A stretch of DNA of 61,734 nt, counting the filler, from Squatina squatina (taxonomy: Eukaryota), in NCBI GenBank assembly GCA_031763465.1. It is 4 parts of 3 records of this genome, joined end to end, with 100 filler letters (N's around TTAATTAATTAA, not from the genome) between each part and the next. Parts side by side here need not be neighbours in the genome. Positions count along the whole stretch, not along the records: positions 49,234 to 61,734 come from JARFOE010000001.1; 3 more parts are not named here. One strand, written 5' to 3'. Under the pieces are notes generated by a model. The model was not told where the DNA came from. It worked only from the letters and a program-made list of their open reading frames with translations, and made no database searches. The first letter of the stretch is position 1. Every line of letters starts with the position of its first letter. The position numbers were made by a program, and so were the translations under genes. Shown piece by piece: positions 60,662-61,734 of this stretch.

Positions 60662-61734
60662 GTAAGATTATCAGGGAAAACCCTTTAGAAAATCATATAT
60701 CGAGAATAAATTTAGGTTAATTGAGAGCTGGCAGTCAGGTACAAGGCTGTAATTGGACTAAATGGTTATGATGACGCCATAAACTACCGGAGCGCAGTGA
60801 GAGCAGTTTTTAAACATCAGCCAGAGCCTGAGACTGAAATACTGCCTTAAAATTACCAGCAGATGCTTGTATTTCTTGTATTTGCAGAATAGTTGTAGAT
60901 GATAAAGTTCTGGTAAAGTGCATTTTCATCTTTGTGTTGTTAAACACTAGGCATGTCAGACAGTACCTGAAGAACACGGCATCGCATGGTAAGTACAGAG
61001 TGAGGGGCACAGATTACCAGTAAATAATCTTTTCTGCACATCTCATCACACTCTAATAACTGATACACTGATTTTACCATTGTGTTTTTTTAAAACAGGG
61101 TCAAACCTTGTTTATTACCTAGCTGAGGTGATTGTTTAGTGCACAGAAGGTTAAGCATCCTTCATGATCTGCACCGTTCAATAGGCAATTCATACAATGT
61201 TTCTAACTATCATCTTTAGGGTAATAACCTCTTTATTGATGAATAAATCTCTAATGGACAGATCAAATGGAGACTAACTAGCCATGCATGACATTACCCA
61301 CAAATTAGTCTGAGGAGAGCCCTGAAGGCAAAGCCTCAGTGTGACAGTAAAAAATGTCAGAGACATAACATGCCCACATACCAGTCAGGTGTCAGCACCT
61401 GTAAGGTCAAAGGTCACCACCCTGTGAACAGCAAAGTAAGTGTAAGAAAAATATAATTTGGAAATAAAGTTGAAACTAGCCATCATTAGTATGGTAAAAC
61501 AATATAAACAAGGCAAATGTGAAAGGGATAATCTTTTCAGGCAGAATTAGAACCCCTGGATGTGTTTCTGCCTCACATCATTTTACTGGAATTCCCACCA
61601 CCCCAGCCTTTATTTTCTTCCCTTATCCCTCCATTCCTCAGGATAGTGAATCATCCAGGGGTGCAGGCTACCCATACTGGCAGCCCCCTGTTATCTCAGT
61701 CATCAAGCCAAGATAGTGAATGTTGGCAGGCGGT

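Overview
This is vertebrate genomic DNA. The repeat repertoire (SacSINE1/DeuSINE-type SINEs, abundant CR1 LINEs, Harbinger-like MITEs, a Penelope-type end) suggests a cartilaginous fish; that is an inference. The window is a highly fragmented assembly: 0.5-3 kb contigs are joined mostly by 100-N gaps, and three artificial 44N-TTAATTAATTAA-44N linkers split it into four blocks (1-14204, 14305-28942, 29043-49133, 49234-61734). Only isolated exons of genes are present. Recognisable coding pieces are a SEPTIN12-like exon, an MSS51 exon, two or three GTF3C1 exons, a FIBP exon, DHRS7B exon 2, TMEM11 exon 2, most of SMCR8 exon 1 with its CpG promoter, and the N-terminal half of GPER1. Much of the rest is CR1 and L2/Crack-type LINE relics, DeuSINEs, a second tRNA SINE, a Harbinger transposase relic with MITEs, and a hAT end. 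I see no clearly new biological system. The best leads are a gap-truncated hammerhead-ribozyme core in a Penelope-like end, a decayed tRNA-Phe/tRNA-Lys pair, a triplicated two-hairpin unit, an antisense exon-like segment inside GTF3C1, and a LINE whose 5' end is shared with a tRNA SINE. Gene and repeat identifications come from remembered protein and repeat consensus sequences, not from searches. Repeat boundaries are approximate.
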